Source of the DNA: Candidatus Latescibacterota bacterium
Lineage (GTDB): Bacteria; Latescibacterota; UBA2968
NCBI GenBank assembly: GCA_965116885.1
Contig: OZ220741.1
Span: 4,512,001 to 4,576,000, forward strand
Reading direction: 5' to 3'
DNA: 64,000 bases
Of this stretch, positions 12,242-24,352 are shown piece by piece. Positions within the stretch are counted from its first letter, which is position 1, and every line of letters begins with the position of its first letter. The notes under the pieces are model-generated. The model saw only the letters and a list, made by a program, of their open reading frames with translations, had not been told where the DNA came from and searched no databases. Both the position numbers and the translations under genes were made by a program.

Positions 12242-12325
12242 ATCCGGATATACCTTCTTTACAATAAAGGGGATACACCACCAAGGTGGTATCCCCCATG
12301 TTTATCGAATAATAGGCACTTGGGA

Positions 12326-12697
12326 TTAACCCGCTTTTTTTGTGCCGTATTTGGAACGACCCTGTTTGCGGTCTTCCACGCCAGTTGTGTCGAGTACGCC
12401 CCGAAGAATGTGATACCGAACCGAAGGAAGGTCCTTGACGCGACCGCCTCGGATGAGTACCACAGAGTGCTCCATGAGATTGTGTCCTTCACCCGGAATA
12501 TAGGCTGTGACTTCAAGACCATTCGTCAACCTGACACGCGCTACTTTGCGCAGAGCTGAATTGGGCTTTTTGGGCGTTGTGGTATAGACGCGTGTACAAA
12601 CACCGCGTTTTTGAGGACACGCTCTCAGAGCGGGTGCAGAAGAACGCTTGCGCTTGGCTTTTCGCCCCTTCCGAACCAGTTGATTAATTGTGGGCAA
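12326..12697 (-). CDS. rpsL: 30S ribosomal protein S12
   Basis: TTG start; [30 protein letters not shown]. Confidence 0.99.
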   Translation of the reverse strand: MPTINQLVRKGRKAKRKRSSAPALRACPQKRGVCTRVYTTTPKKPNSALRKVARVRLTNGLEVTAYIPGEGHNLMEHSVVLIRGGRVKDLPSVRYHILRGVLDTTGVEDRKQGRSKYGTKKAG

Positions 12698-12751
12698 CTC
12701 AACCTCCTTAATTATGGGAGACTTGTAATATACCTGGTGTAATGGTAGCTG

Positions 12752-15700
12752 TCAAGCATTAATTGGAGGTAAACCAATGCTTTCAGTGGTCTCTTCTGCG
12801 AGGGCTTCAAAGACCTGTGATTCTTCCACCACATCTGTATCCAAATCGCGATATTTCAAAGCACCTGTACCGGCGGGAATGAGGTGCCCGATGATCACAT
12901 TTTCCTTTAATCCCAACAGCGCGTCAACTTTACCCTGTACTGCTGCTTCGGTAAGCACGCGGGTAGTTTCCTGGAAAGACGCTGCCGAAATGAAACTCTC
13001 GGTCAAAAGAGAGGCTCGGGTAATCCCCAACAAGATGGGATTGTTAGTTGCAGGATCGCCCCCTTCATCGCCTCCTTCAGCGAGGACCTTTTCATTTTCC
13101 TCGAGGAAGCGGAACCGGTCAACGAGTTCGTCTTCGAGAAAATTGGTATCTCCAGGATCTGTCACCTGTACTTTCTGCAACATCTGCCGGACTATGGTTT
13201 CAATATGCTTGTCATTGATTTTCACACCCTGGAGCCGATAAACCTGCTGAATTTCGTCAAGGAGATATTCCTGAACTTTCCGATCCCCCAGAATAGCCAG
13301 AATATCGTGTGGATTTACCGACCCTTCTGAGAGACGATCACCAGCAGTCACGCGATCACCTTCTTGCACGCGCAGATGTCGCCCGTAGGGAATGGTGTAT
13401 TTTTTTTCTTCTCCCTCATCAGCCGTGACCAGGACAACACGCGAGCCTCTCACCATACCACCAAAGCGCACCGAGCCGTTGATTTCTGTTACCACAGAAG
13501 CCTCTTTGGGGCGACGCGCCTCAAAAAGCTCAGCAACACGCGGCAAACCACCTGTAATATCTCGTGTTTTGCTGCGTTCTCGCGAAATTTTAGCCAGTGT
13601 ATCGCCATCTGCTACCTGATCGCCATCGTGTACCACCAGCCGCGCTCCCAGGGGAATGATATAATGCCCCAACTCTGCGCCGTCTTCATCAACAACCTTA
13701 ATGTGCGGAGATAAAGTGCGGTCTCGGTGCTCAATCACGACCAGTCCAGCAATGCTGGTAGTTTCATCGATTTCTTCGCGATATGTCATCCCTTCTACGA
13801 GATCCCCAAACTGAACCCTACCAGCTTTGGGCGATACAATCACATTATTATAGGGATCCCATTCGTAGAGTGCCTGGTCCTCTTCCACATCTTGTCCGTC
13901 CTCCACCCGCAACACGGCTCCATGCGGTACATGGTAGTGCCCCCCTCTTACACGTCCCTGATCATCCTGTACTTCGATCTCACCATTTCGACCGACCACA
14001 ACCCACGAATTTTCATCGCGCTGGACAGACTCGAGATGCTTAAAGATGACTTTTCCCGCACGCTTTGCACCAATCTCGGCCTGCTCGGCAATGCGGTTGG
14101 TAGTACCACCAATATGAAAAGTGCGCAATGTCAGTTGCGTTCCCGGTTCACCCACACTCTGAGCCGCGATAACACCCACAGCCTCTCCAATATCAACAGG
14201 TAGCCCGGTGGCGGGATTGCGACCATAACAGGCCATACAGACCCCTCGCCGAGTTTCACACGTCAGTACAGACCGCACAAAGACGCCTTCAATACCTGCA
14301 TCGGCAATTTTGTCAGCCAATTCTTCATCCAATAAAACGCCTGCGTCAACAATGCGGTCGCCTGTAATGGGGTCTTCCACATCCTCTAGCACTGTGCGTC
14401 CTACAATGCGGTCAGACAGCGATTCAACAACTTCTTCGCCTTCTTTCAAGGCTTCCATTTCAATGCCTAATATCGTTCCACAATCGGCTTCAGAAATAAC
14501 CACATCTTGCGACACATCCACCATGCGACGCGTCAAGTATCCCGCTTCAGCGGTCTTCAAGGCCGTATCGGCCAGACCCTTGCGACTGCCGTGCGTCGAA
14601 ATAAAATACTCAAGTACTGTCAGGCCTTCTTTAAGTGACGAAATAATAGGTGTTTCAATAATTTCGCCTATCGCTCCCGTCAATTTCTTTTGCGGTTTAT
14701 TCATCAGCCCGCGCATACCACCGAGTTGCTTGATCTGATCGTCGTTGCCTCGCGCGCCTGAATCCTTCATAATCCAGATCGAATTGAAGCCATTTTCGGC
14801 TTTTTCAAATGCACCAATCATGGCCTGGGCAATGTGATTAGTCGTATGCTGCCACACATCAATTACTTTGTTGTAGCGTTCGCCCTCAGTAATAGCCCCG
14901 ATCGCGTGTTGTTCAATAATTTTTTCTACTTCGTCCATAGCACCGGTAATCAACTCTTCCTTTTCAGGAGGCACGACCACATCGCTCACAGCAATCGAAA
15001 TACCCGACCGCGTCGCATAATCGTATCCCAATTTCTTCAAGCCATCGAGAAAATCTGTCGTAATGCGGTTGCCATACCGACTGTGGACTTCAGAAGAAAC
15101 TTTGCGGATACCTTTGTCATCGATCAACTCATTGATAAAGGGCATCGTTTCAGGGATAATTTCATTAAAAATGACGCGCCCAACTGTAGTTATCAAAAGT
15201 TTGCCATCAATGCGAACGCGCACGGCTTCGTGCAAGCCAATGCGTTCAAAATCATACGCCATGCGAGCTTCACCGGTACTGCTGAAGGTTTTGAGGTCCT
15301 CTTCCTTACCGTGAACGATTTTTGTCAGATAATACAGACCCAATGCTATTTCCTGAGGTTTATCGACCACAACAGGAGACCCATCGGCGGGTTTGAGCAA
15401 ATTGTTTGAAGACAACATCAATACCCGCGCTTCAATCTGGGCCTCGAAAGAAAGCGGCAGATGCACGGCCATTTGATCACCGTCAAAATCGGCATTAAAT
15501 GCCGCACAGACCAGAGGGTGAATGCGAATGGCTTTGCCTTCTACGAGCACGGGTAAAAACGCCTGAATCCCCAGGCGATGCAATGTCGGGGCGCGATTGA
15601 GTAAAACGCAGTGATCCTGGATAATTTCTTCGAGGATATCCCATACTTCGACGCGTTCGCGTTCGACCAATTTCTTTGCACTTTTAACGGTTTGAACAAG

Positions 15701-16855
15701 CCCCTTTTCTTCGAGCCGCCGAATAATAAATGGCTTGAATAATTCCAGAGCCATATGTTTGGGCAGACCGCATTGATAAAGCCTCAAATGGGGATCGACC
15801 ACAATCACAGAACGGCCCGAATAATCGACGCGTTTACCCAAAAGATTCTGGCGGAACCGGCCTTGTTTACCCTTGAGCAGATCGGAGAGCGACTTGAGAG
15901 AACGGTTGCCATCACCGCGAACAGCACGGGACCGACGGCCATTGTCAAACAGAGCGTCTACAGCCTCTTGAAGCATGCGTTTTTCATTGCGTAAAATGAC
16001 TTCGGGTGCTTTGATTTCAATCAGTTTTTTGAGCCGATTATTCCTATTGATCACGCGGCGATACAAATCATTGAGATCCGAAGTTGCAAACCGCCCGCCC
16101 TCTAAGGGTACAAGAGGACGCAAGTCGGGCGGGATGACGGGAATCACATCGAGAATCATCCAATCGGGCTGATTATCAGATTGGCGGAACGCCTCAACGA
16201 CCTTGAGGCGTTTGAGTGCATCCTGTTTGCGCTGCACCGAAGTCTCGAAACGAGCTTGTGTTCGCAGTTCAGCAGACAAGTCCTCAATATCGATTGCAGA
16301 CAGCAGTTTTTTGATTGCGCCAGCCCCCATATCGACATCAAATGAATACCCCTCATCTTCGAGATCAATCACCTCATCTTCAGTGAGCAAATCCTTGAAT
16401 TTGAGATCTGGAGCATCACCGGGATCCAGCACCACATACGATTCGTAGTAAATGATCCGCTCGAGATTGCGAACGGAAAGATTGAGCAAATACCCCATGC
16501 GAGATGGGAGCGACTTAAAAAACCAGATATGTGTCACCGGAACCGCCAATTCGATATGCCCCAGCCGTTCTCGTCTAACTTTCGATTGGGTCACTTCTAC
16601 CCCACACCGGTCACACACCACCCCCCGATATCGAATGCGCTTGTATTTACCACAATGGCACTCCCAGTCTTTAACAGGCCCAAAAATGCATTCGCAAAAT
16701 AAACCATCGCGCTCGGGCTTAAAAGACCGATAATTGATGGTTTCCGGTTTGGTGACCTCGCCGCGAGACCACCCGCGGATGGTTTCTGGCGAAGCCAGTT
16801 GAATGCGAATTGAATTAAAATCTAAGGGTTGATTGGCAAAATTGGCATCGGCCAC
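12752..16855 (-). CDS. rpoC: DNA-directed RNA polymerase beta' subunit
   Basis: NADFDGDQM catalytic motif; CHCGK/CDRC zinc ribbon; trigger loop [10 protein letters not shown]. Confidence 0.99.
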   Translation of the reverse strand: MADANFANQPLDFNSIRIQLASPETIRGWSRGEVTKPETINYRSFKPERDGLFCECIFGPVKDWECHCGKYKRIRYRGVVCDRCGVEVTQSKVRRERLGHIELAVPVTHIWFFKSLPSRMGYLLNLSVRNLERIIYYESYVVLDPGDAPDLKFKDLLTEDEVIDLEDEGYSFDVDMGAGAIKKLLSAIDIEDLSAELRTQARFETSVQRKQDALKRLKVVEAFRQSDNQPDWMILDVIPVIPPDLRPLVPLEGGRFATSDLNDLYRRVINRNNRLKKLIEIKAPEVILRNEKRMLQEAVDALFDNGRRSRAVRGDGNRSLKSLSDLLKGKQGRFRQNLLGKRVDYSGRSVIVVDPHLRLYQCGLPKHMALELFKPFIIRRLEEKGLVQTVKSAKKLVERERVEVWDILEEIIQDHCVLLNRAPTLHRLGIQAFLPVLVEGKAIRIHPLVCAAFNADFDGDQMAVHLPLSFEAQIEARVLMLSSNNLLKPADGSPVVVDKPQEIALGLYYLTKIVHGKEEDLKTFSSTGEARMAYDFERIGLHEAVRVRIDGKLLITTVGRVIFNEIIPETMPFINELIDDKGIRKVSSEVHSRYGNRITTDFLDGLKKLGYDYATRSGISIAVSDVVVPPEKEELITGAMDEVEKIIEQHAIGAITEGERYNKVIDVWQHTTNHIAQAMIGAFEKAENGFNSIWIMKDSGARGNDDQIKQLGGMRGLMNKPQKKLTGAIGEIIETPIISSLKEGLTVLEYFISTHGSRKGLADTALKTAEAGYLTRRMVDVSQDVVISEADCGTILGIEMEALKEGEEVVESLSDRIVGRTVLEDVEDPITGDRIVDAGVLLDEELADKIADAGIEGVFVRSVLTCETRRGVCMACYGRNPATGLPVDIGEAVGVIAAQSVGEPGTQLTLRTFHIGGTTNRIAEQAEIGAKRAGKVIFKHLESVQRDENSWVVVGRNGEIEVQDDQGRVRGGHYHVPHGAVLRVEDGQDVEEDQALYEWDPYNNVIVSPKAGRVQFGDLVEGMTYREEIDETTSIAGLVVIEHRDRTLSPHIKVVDEDGAELGHYIIPLGARLVVHDGDQVADGDTLAKISRERSKTRDITGGLPRVAELFEARRPKEASVVTEINGSVRFGGMVRGSRVVLVTADEGEEKKYTIPYGRHLRVQEGDRVTAGDRLSEGSVNPHDILAILGDRKVQEYLLDEIQQVYRLQGVKINDKHIETIVRQMLQKVQVTDPGDTNFLEDELVDRFRFLEENEKVLAEGGDEGGDPATNNPILLGITRASLLTESFISAASFQETTRVLTEAAVQGKVDALLGLKENVIIGHLIPAGTGALKYRDLDTDVVEESQVFEALAEETTESIGLPPINA

Positions 16856-16894
16856 GAGAGAACCCCCTTTTCAAATCTTATGTAGTCAGTCTAT

Positions 16895-19800
16895 CTACGC
16901 GCTTTCGAGCACCACGTCCAAACACAGACTTTGCAATTCTTTAACCAGAACATTAAATGATTCCGGCACACCGGGTTCGGGTGGATTTTCTCCCTTTACA
17001 ATGGTCTCGTAAATTTTGGATCTGCCCGCCACATCGTCGGACTTGACAGTGAGCATTTCCTGTAACATGTGTGCAGCACCATAAGCTTCGAGCGCCCAAA
17101 CTTCCATTTCCCCAAAGCGCTGCCCGCCAAATTGGGCTTTGCCGCCCAAAGGTTGCTGGGTGACCAGTGAATAGGGTCCAATCGAACGCGCGTGAATCTT
17201 ATCACTGACCAAATGCGATAGTTTCAACATATAAATGATGCCGACCATCACTTCTTTATCAAATGGTTCCCCTGTTTGACCATCGTAAAGGAGTGTTTTT
17301 CCGTTTTCGGGCAAACCAGCTTCTCGCAACATATCCTGGACATCGTCCATGCTCGCGCCATCAAACACAGGGGTCGCAAAGTGGAGATCCAGTTTGTGGG
17401 CTGCCCAACCCAAATGGGTTTCGAGGATTTGGCCGAGATTCATGCGAGATGGTACACCGAGCGGATTCAAAACCAGGTCAATAGGTGTACCATCGGGCAA
17501 ATAGGGCATATCTTCTTCGGGCACGATAATCGAAATCACACCCTTATTGCCGTGCCTACCAGCCATTTTATCCCCTACCATCAGCTTTCTTTTTCGGGCG
17601 ACATACACCTTGACCAGTTGCACAATGCCCGGCGGAAGTTCATCTCCGCGCGCGATTTTTTCAAGCTCTCGCTCGAGTTCTTCTTCAGCCTGCTGCATCA
17701 CGTAAGCGGCCAGTTCAATCAATCGATCCACTTTTTGGGTTATCGCTGGACTATCACACCAATCCCCGTCGGGTGTTACAGCGCCCAGGTCAAATTTTTC
17801 CAGCGACCTTTCATTCAGCACCGTGCCTGCCTTTGCAACCACCTTGCCGTCTTCATCGCGCAGGGTATTGACTTTGCGGTTTTTGAGAAGAGTCAAAACC
17901 TGCTGATCGCGGCTTTGTTTCAATGACTCAATCTTGTCAGAAATGCGTTTTCTGGCAGCTTGGGTCTTTTCTTTATCTTCATTTCGCGTCTTTTCATCGC
18001 GCTCTTTACGAGAAAAAACTTTGCGATCCATGACCACGCCATCCATTCCCGGAGGAGCTTTGAGCGATGCATCGCGCACATCGCCGGCCTTTTCGCCAAA
18101 AATCGCACGCAACAAACGCTCTTCGGGCGACAATTCGGTTTCGCCCTTTGGGGTCACCTTCCCAACGAGAATATCACCCTGATTGACCTCTGCCCCCACG
18201 CGAATGATGCCGTGCTCATCGAGGTTGCGAACAGCCTGCTCACTCACGTTGGGAATTTCACGCGTAATTTCTTCTGTGCCGCGTTTGGTATCGCGGACCT
18301 GGAGTTCAAATTCTTCAATGCTAATTGACGTGAAAATATCCTTTTTAATGAGCCGTTCAGAAACAATAATGGCATCTTCAAAGTTGTATCCATGCCACGA
18401 CATAAACGCCACGAGCACATTGGAACCAAGCGCGAGATCCCCTCTATCTGTGGCACAACCATCAGCCAATAACTGACCTTTTTCAACTTTATCACCAACC
18501 TGTACGGCCGGACGCTGGTTGATACAAAAATCTTGATTGGATCGCTTGAATTTGGTCAAATCGTAAATGTCTTCATCAGACAGCGAAATGGTTTCAATAC
18601 TGCGGCTTTTTCTGCGCTTGACGACAATTTTGTTGGCACTGACATACGTCACAACACCAGCGTTTTTCGCAATGATCACAGCTTTTGAATCAACGGCAAC
18701 TTTGCGCTCGAGGCCCGTTCCAACACGCGGGGCATCCGTGATTAAGAGAGGCACACCTTGCCGCTGCATATTAGATCCCATCAATGCGCGGTTGGCCTCA
18801 TCGTGCTCGAGAAAAGGAATGAGTCCGGCGGCGGCACTCACAAGCTGGAAGGGTGAAACGTCCATATAGTCAATCACTTCGGGATCAACCACGGGAAAAT
18901 CGCCTCGCCGCCTCGCCTGCACGACATTATTTTCAAATTCGCCCTTGTCGTCAAGCGCCAGATTGGCCTGTGCAATGGTATGGCGATCTTCTTCGTCGGC
19001 AGGCAAATATGCAATATCCTGTGAAACTTTGCCACTTTTGACCTTCCGATAGGGCGTCTCGAGAAAGCCAAAGGGATTGACCTTGGCATACGTAGCCACA
19101 GACACAATCAGGCCAATATTTGGGCCTTCTGGCGTTTCGATAGGACAAATGCGGCCGTAGTGCGTGTGATGCACATCGCGCACCTCAAACCCCGCTCGAT
19201 CGCGCGTTAATCCCCCAGGTCCTAATGCCGACAAACGGCGTTTGTGGGTCAATTCGTCAAGCGGATTGATCTGCTGCAAAAACTGCGATAATTGGCTGCT
19301 GCCAAAAAAGGCCTGAACCACAGTAGATACAGTCCGCGCGTTGACCAGATCGTGGGGAGTAAGTTGCTCGGAATCGCGCAAACTCATGCGCTCCCTAATC
19401 GTGCGCGCCATGCGTGCCAAACCAATACTAAATTGCTTGGAGAGCAACTCGCCAACAGAGCGCACCCGCCGATTGCCCAAATGATCGATATCATCGGTAA
19501 ATCCCTCCCCCATAGCCAGAGTGAGTAGATAGTCGATGACTTTGATAAAGTCATCAATACACAGCATGGTGAAGTCAAGCGGAATATTATCGATCATATC
19601 CAAACGCTGGTTAATGCGATAGCGCCCAACAGTACCCAAATTATAACGCCGAGGACTGAAAAAATGTCGCTCGAGCAATCCGCGCGCAGTTTCAATATTG
19701 GGTGGATCGCCAGGGCGCAGCAGGCTATAAATCCGCGCGAGTGCTTCTTCCTCGTTGTCACACGGATCTTTGTCCAGCGTATTGTTAATAATCCCGCCAT

Positions 19801-20659
19801 CGTTTTCTGGATCGATATCCATCACAGTGATTTTGACAATCGCATTTTCCTTAAGGGCTAAGAGATGTTCCTCCATCAATGTGGTATAGGCTTCGACAAT
19901 CACTTCTCCCGTCTTTTTATTAACCACATCTTCGGTAACAATGCAATCGACGAGTTCTTCAGTAACTCTGACTGTGGTATCACCGTGAAAAATGCCCAGA
20001 ATTTCCTCGGACTTGTCAAATCCCAAAGCTCTCAACAAAGTCGTAACCGGCAATTTGCGTTTACGGTCGATATGAACGTACATAATATCGTTGATATCGA
20101 GGCTAAATTCGAGCCAGGCTCCGTTGTCGGGAATGATTCTGGCTGAAAATAAACGCTTGCCATTAGGATGAATGGAGTCGTCAAAAAATACGCCAGGAGA
20201 ACGGTGTAATTGGCTGACGATCACACGCTCTGAACCATTGATGACAAATGTACCTTCATCGGTCATCAACGGCAGTTCGCCTAAAAACACTGTCTGCTCG
20301 ACGATATCTTTAACGCGAAATTCGCTATTTCCCTGCTTTTCTCGGGAAACCAGACGGAGTGTCGAACGCAGAGGTACGGCATGAGTCGTACCGCGTTCGA
20401 GACATTCTTGTACATCGTATTTAGGAGTTCCAACGGAATAATCTACAAACTCTAAAGAATAGAGATTGTGGGCGTCTGTGATCGGGAAGATACCCTGGAA
20501 GACCGCCTGTAGTCCTTGCTTTTCGCGTGCTACAGGCGGTATATCCTTCTGTAAAAACCAGTCATAAGAATCGAGCTGGATATCCAGCAGATTCGGCATT
20601 TCGATTGCAGACGTGAGAGTTCCATACGATTTCCGGTCAATAAATCCTCTATCTGCCAA
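16895..20659 (-). CDS. rpoB: DNA-directed RNA polymerase beta subunit
   Basis: [33 protein letters not shown]. Confidence 0.99.
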   Translation of the reverse strand: MADRGFIDRKSYGTLTSAIEMPNLLDIQLDSYDWFLQKDIPPVAREKQGLQAVFQGIFPITDAHNLYSLEFVDYSVGTPKYDVQECLERGTTHAVPLRSTLRLVSREKQGNSEFRVKDIVEQTVFLGELPLMTDEGTFVINGSERVIVSQLHRSPGVFFDDSIHPNGKRLFSARIIPDNGAWLEFSLDINDIMYVHIDRKRKLPVTTLLRALGFDKSEEILGIFHGDTTVRVTEELVDCIVTEDVVNKKTGEVIVEAYTTLMEEHLLALKENAIVKITVMDIDPENDGGIINNTLDKDPCDNEEEALARIYSLLRPGDPPNIETARGLLERHFFSPRRYNLGTVGRYRINQRLDMIDNIPLDFTMLCIDDFIKVIDYLLTLAMGEGFTDDIDHLGNRRVRSVGELLSKQFSIGLARMARTIRERMSLRDSEQLTPHDLVNARTVSTVVQAFFGSSQLSQFLQQINPLDELTHKRRLSALGPGGLTRDRAGFEVRDVHHTHYGRICPIETPEGPNIGLIVSVATYAKVNPFGFLETPYRKVKSGKVSQDIAYLPADEEDRHTIAQANLALDDKGEFENNVVQARRRGDFPVVDPEVIDYMDVSPFQLVSAAAGLIPFLEHDEANRALMGSNMQRQGVPLLITDAPRVGTGLERKVAVDSKAVIIAKNAGVVTYVSANKIVVKRRKSRSIETISLSDEDIYDLTKFKRSNQDFCINQRPAVQVGDKVEKGQLLADGCATDRGDLALGSNVLVAFMSWHGYNFEDAIIVSERLIKKDIFTSISIEEFELQVRDTKRGTEEITREIPNVSEQAVRNLDEHGIIRVGAEVNQGDILVGKVTPKGETELSPEERLLRAIFGEKAGDVRDASLKAPPGMDGVVMDRKVFSRKERDEKTRNEDKEKTQAARKRISDKIESLKQSRDQQVLTLLKNRKVNTLRDEDGKVVAKAGTVLNERSLEKFDLGAVTPDGDWCDSPAITQKVDRLIELAAYVMQQAEEELERELEKIARGDELPPGIVQLVKVYVARKRKLMVGDKMAGRHGNKGVISIIVPEEDMPYLPDGTPIDLVLNPLGVPSRMNLGQILETHLGWAAHKLDLHFATPVFDGASMDDVQDMLREAGLPENGKTLLYDGQTGEPFDKEVMVGIIYMLKLSHLVSDKIHARSIGPYSLVTQQPLGGKAQFGGQRFGEMEVWALEAYGAAHMLQEMLTVKSDDVAGRSKIYETIVKGENPPEPGVPESFNVLVKELQSLCLDVVLESA

Positions 20660-20732
20660 GGGCTCACGCTCCTGTGCTGGAAGGCTAACGGTCAGTTACG
20701 GATTTGTATTGCTGCACAAACTTACGACAACC

Positions 20733-21101
20733 CTACTTGAGTTCCACCACCGCACCGGCTTCTTCCAGTTCTGCCTTGATCTGTTCGGCTTCTTCTTTTT
20801 CCACGCCTTCTCTTACGGTATTGGGAGCCCCATCAACCAGAGCTTTGGCTTCTTTAAGGCCCAATGAGGTAAGGCCGCGCACAACCTTGATCACCTGGAT
20901 CTTTTTATCCCCAGGAGACGACAAAACCACATCAAACTCTGTCTGCTCTTCTGCAACAGGAGCAGCATCGCCGCCATCGGGTGCTGCAACAACAGCTGCC
21001 TGTGCAGTCACACCAAACTTTTCCTCAAGAGCTTTGACCAATTCGGCCAACTCGAGCACTGAGAGTTTTTCAATTTCGCTAATAATGGATTCAACAGCCA
21101 T
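20733..21101 (-). CDS. rplL: 50S ribosomal protein L7/L12
   Basis: [26 protein letters not shown]. Confidence 0.98.
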   Translation of the reverse strand: MAVESIISEIEKLSVLELAELVKALEEKFGVTAQAAVVAAPDGGDAAPVAEEQTEFDVVLSSPGDKKIQVIKVVRGLTSLGLKEAKALVDGAPNTVREGVEKEEAEQIKAELEEAGAVVELK

Positions 21102-21146
21102 GAACATGCCTCCGTCCAACAATGAATTGGGTGTGTGATAAGCGGT

Positions 21147-21680
21147 CTATTCGCCGCTTTCTTCCTCTTTTTTTTCTGCAACAGCTTGAAGTGTACCAAC
21201 GAGTTTTTGCAAAATGCCATTCAGCGTAAAGGCGAGGCCACTGATCGGACTTTGCATTGCAGATACCATCTGGCCCAGCAGAACATCGCGCGAAGGTATT
21301 TGGGCCAGCCTCTCTATCTGGTCTGCGACAAATATATCACCATCGATATACCCGGCTTTAATCGCGGGCTTGCCTTCGGTATCTTCAGCGAATTTGGACA
21401 GCACACGGGCCGGTGCTACTGGATCTTCATCGGCGCAAACAAGCCCAGTGGGACCGCGAAACACATCATCGAGCCCCTCAACTCCGGCTTGTTTAAGTGC
21501 CAATTTAGCCAACCGATTTTTTATTACGCGGTAAGAAACCGATTCCTCGCGGAGTTGCTTTCGCAACAGGGTGAATGAAGGAACGTCTAACCCCGTAAAA
21601 TCAGTTAGATACACCCCCTTGGCCCGTTTTAAGATATCTGTCAATTCTGCGACAGTAGCCTCTTTTTCAGCAGTTGGCAT
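21147..21680 (-). CDS. rplJ: 50S ribosomal protein L10
   Basis: MPTAEK start after AAGGAAGG; LRKQLR...VIKNRL; GPTG. Confidence 0.96.
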   Translation of the reverse strand: MPTAEKEATVAELTDILKRAKGVYLTDFTGLDVPSFTLLRKQLREESVSYRVIKNRLAKLALKQAGVEGLDDVFRGPTGLVCADEDPVAPARVLSKFAEDTEGKPAIKAGYIDGDIFVADQIERLAQIPSRDVLLGQMVSAMQSPISGLAFTLNGILQKLVGTLQAVAEKKEEESGE

Positions 21681-21697
21681 TTCTGTACCTTCCTTGT

Positions 21698-22399
21698 TCA
21701 ATTGGCCGCCAGCGCCGTGCGGTCCAGGCGGATGCCCGGCCCCATTGTAGTAGATAATGTGACCGAGCGCATGTACTGCCCTTTTGTAGCAGCTGGACGC
21801 GCTCTAATAATTGCATCGACCAATACCTGGGCATTTTCCCGAAGGCGCTGTGCATCAAAAGACGCTTTGCCCACAGGCGTATGCACATTGGCCGTTCTAT
21901 CGACTCGATATTCTACACGCCCCGCTTTGGCTTCCTGTACCGCACGCGCCGCATCGGGCGTCACCGTACCACTCTTGGGATTGGGCATCAGACCTCGAGG
22001 TCCAAGAATGCGTCCCAATCGTCCGACCTGTCCCATCATATCGGGCGTAGCAATAGCCACATCGAAATCTGTCCAGCCACCATTGATCTTTTCTACCAGA
22101 TCTTCGGCTCCTACAAAATCTGCCCCCGCCGCTTCGGCAGCAGTAGCAGGCTCCCCTTTGGCAAAAACTGCAACGCGTACGGATTTGCCCAGCCCGTGTG
22201 GCAAGACGACTGTGCCGCGCACGAGTTGATCGGCTTGCCGAGGATCAACGCCCAGCCGAAACGAAATCTCAACCGTTTCGTCAAATTTCCGAGTGGGCAT
22301 TTTTTTTAAGATGTCAATGGCGTCGGCCAGACTGTAATGCGTTTGGCGGTCAAAAAGCGCAGCCGCTTGTTTATAGCGTTTGGATTGCCCTCGTGCCAT
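21698..22399 (-). CDS. rplA: 50S ribosomal protein L1
   Basis: [28 protein letters not shown]. Confidence 0.99.
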   Translation of the reverse strand: MARGQSKRYKQAAALFDRQTHYSLADAIDILKKMPTRKFDETVEISFRLGVDPRQADQLVRGTVVLPHGLGKSVRVAVFAKGEPATAAEAAGADFVGAEDLVEKINGGWTDFDVAIATPDMMGQVGRLGRILGPRGLMPNPKSGTVTPDAARAVQEAKAGRVEYRVDRTANVHTPVGKASFDAQRLRENAQVLVDAIIRARPAATKGQYMRSVTLSTTMGPGIRLDRTALAAN

Positions 22400-22411
22400 A
22401 CATACCTCCGG

Positions 22412-22837
22412 TCAATTGTTGACGGTCAGGCCCATACTGCGAGCCGTCCCTGCAATCATGCGCTTGGCAGCCTCGACGCTGCCCGCGTTGAGGTCTTGAA
22501 CTTTCATTTCTGCAATTTCCTGTAGTTGGGCATCGGTCACGGCCCCCACTTTTTCTCGGTTGGATTCCGGCGATCCTTTGGCTATCCCCGCTGCCCTTTT
22601 GAGCAATACGGATGCAGGTGGGCTTTTCAATTCAAAAGAAAAACTCCTATCTGCGTAAACCGTGATAATCGCGGGAATGATCAAACCCTGTTTGTCCTGA
22701 GTTTGTGCATTAAAAGCTTTGCAAAACTCCATAATATTGACGCCGTGCTGTCCCAAAGCCGGACCAACCGGTGGGGTGGGAGTCGCCTGCCCAGCGGGGA
22801 TTTGCAACTTGATTGTCGTGAGAATTTTTTTCGCCAT
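22412..22837 (-). CDS. rplK: 50S ribosomal protein L11
   Basis: [29 protein letters not shown]. Confidence 0.99.
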   Translation of the reverse strand: MAKKILTTIKLQIPAGQATPTPPVGPALGQHGVNIMEFCKAFNAQTQDKQGLIIPAIITVYADRSFSFELKSPPASVLLKRAAGIAKGSPESNREKVGAVTDAQLQEIAEMKVQDLNAGSVEAAKRMIAGTARSMGLTVNN

Positions 22838-22849
22838 TGGTGCCTCTCA

Positions 22850-23386
22850 TTATCGCGATTCGACAGCTTCTTCAACCTGCAAAACATCTAATTCTACAGG
22901 TGTATTGCGTCCAAAGATACTAACCATTACTTTGATCTTGCTCTTTTCTGGATTGATGTCGTCAACCAGGCCAATAAAATCGCTGAAAGGCCCATCTATC
23001 ACCTTGACGCGATCACCTACTTGATATGGAACATCAGAGGTTTCCTCGACCGGACGACGCTCAATTTGCCCCAAAATGCGGTTCACCTCTTCCTCGCGCA
23101 AAGGTTGTGGTCTCCGACCTGGACCGACAAAGCTCGTCACGCCCGGCACACTGGTGACAAAGTAGAGGGACTCTTTGTCCATATCCAGTTCAACCAAAAG
23201 GTAACTGGGCAAAAATTTCTTGAGGGAGGTCGTTTTCCGTCCATCCTTCATCTCCACGACTTCTTCAGTTGGCACAATCACCCGACCAATTTTGTCGCCA
23301 ACATCGATGTTCTCTTTGGCGGCCTCAATATAGCTCTTGACCTTATTTTCGTGCCCAGAATAAGTGTGGACAACGTACCATTTCAT
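22850..23386 (-). CDS. nusG: Transcription termination/antitermination factor NusG
   Basis: MKWYVVHTYSGHE; KOW GDRVKVIDGPF; IFGRNTPVEL. Confidence 0.98.
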   Translation of the reverse strand: MKWYVVHTYSGHENKVKSYIEAAKENIDVGDKIGRVIVPTEEVVEMKDGRKTTSLKKFLPSYLLVELDMDKESLYFVTSVPGVTSFVGPGRRPQPLREEEVNRILGQIERRPVEETSDVPYQVGDRVKVIDGPFSDFIGLVDDINPEKSKIKVMVSIFGRNTPVELDVLQVEEAVESR

Positions 23387-23416
23387 CAGTCGAAAACTCC
23401 CTGACAAAAAATCCCG

Positions 23417-23602
23417 TTAAATCAGGATAAACTCCATAATACTCGCCAAAAAAGTATCTACAATATAAATGAACCCAGCCAGTGCAAGTGACAATATAAG
23501 TACTATTGTGGTTGATGATTTGAGTTCGTCACGAGTAGGCCAGGTGACCTTTCCCATTTCAACGCGCACTTCGCTGAGAAATTGACTGATTTTGCCAAAC
23601 AT
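23417..23602 (-). CDS. secE: Preprotein translocase subunit SecE
   Basis: EVRVEMGKVTWPTRDE plus one TM helix; upstream of nusG. Confidence 0.97.
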   Translation of the reverse strand: MFGKISQFLSEVRVEMGKVTWPTRDELKSSTTIVLILSLALAGFIYIVDTFLASIMEFILI

Positions 23603-23618
23603 AAGAAAATAAAAAAAA

Positions 23619-23694
23619 TGGCAGGCCAGGCAGGACTTGAACCCGCAACCGTCGGTTTTGGAGACCGATGCTCTACCAGTTGAGCTACTGACCT
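23619..23694 (-). tRNA. tRNA-Trp (CCA)
   Basis: AGGTCAGTAGCTCAACTGGTAGAGC...CTCCAAA anticodon loop...GGTTCAAGTCC...GCCA; 76 nt, encoded CCA. Confidence 0.97.
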
Positions 23695-23706
23695 ACCCAA
23701 AAACAA

Positions 23707-23782
<76 letters not shown>

Positions 23783-23807
23783 GTTGGGCAATCCCCACTT
23801 GAGATTC

Positions 23808-23884
23808 TGGAGCGGGAAACGGGACTCGAACCCGCGACCCTCAGCTTGGAAGGCTGACGCTCTGGCCAACTGAGCTATTCCCGC
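23808..23884 (-). tRNA. tRNA-Gly (TCC)
   Basis: GCGGGAATAGCTCAG...TCAGC CTTCCAA GCTGA...GGTTCGAGTCC...TCCA; 77 nt. Confidence 0.97.
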
Positions 23885-23958
23885 CCGGCTATGTATAAAA
23901 AACAACCCTTTTCTACAAAAGGGATCGGTATTGCCAAAAAAATTTTCCGAGAATTGAC

Positions 23959-23987
23959 AAGATATGAAAAAGGCAGTCTCAGGTCAA
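23959..23987 (-). promoter_or_regulatory. Putative sigma70 promoter internal to tRNA cluster (upstream of tRNA-Gly)
   Basis: TTGACC-N17-TATCTT on minus strand. Confidence 0.55.
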
Positions 23988-24100
23988 GAGAATTTTGTAT
24001 AAACCCAAACCTGTGATAGATCAAAAAAGGTAAGTCGATATTTTGTGTAATGCGAGCTTGGCACATTCGCATTGTTTTGGGGGGAAACAGTTGGAATTTT

Positions 24101-24186
24101 TGGTGGGGGGTGGCGGATTCGAACCACCGAAGGCATAAGCCAGCAGATTTACAGTCTGCCCCAGTTGGCCGCTTTGGTAACCCCCC
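24101..24186 (-). tRNA. tRNA-Tyr (GTA)
   Basis: GGGGGGT...GCAGA CTGTAAA TCTGC, long variable arm, GGTTCGAATCC...ACCA; 86 nt. Confidence 0.97.
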
Positions 24187-24204
24187 AAATTGTACAGGCT
24201 TCAA

Positions 24205-24233
24205 AAAATACCAGAAGATATTTCGATAGTCAA
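24205..24233 (-). promoter_or_regulatory. Putative sigma70 promoter of tRNA-Tyr / ribosomal cluster
   Basis: TTGACT-N17-TATTTT, -10 element ends 18 nt before tRNA-Tyr. Confidence 0.6.
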
Positions 24234-24262
24234 GACCAAAATCGCTCAACTTCAATTGCAGA

Positions 24263-24291
24263 TTGACAAATCGGCCTACCTTTGCTATTTT
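24263..24291 (+). promoter_or_regulatory. Putative sigma70 promoter (divergent) with extended -10
   Basis: TTGACA-N17-TATTTT preceded by TGn. Confidence 0.55.
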
Positions 24292-24352
24292 CCGGGTTCA
24301 ATTTTCCGCAGTTAATCTTCTCTTGTCAGATGCCTGTTGTGAAAGGAGCAAA

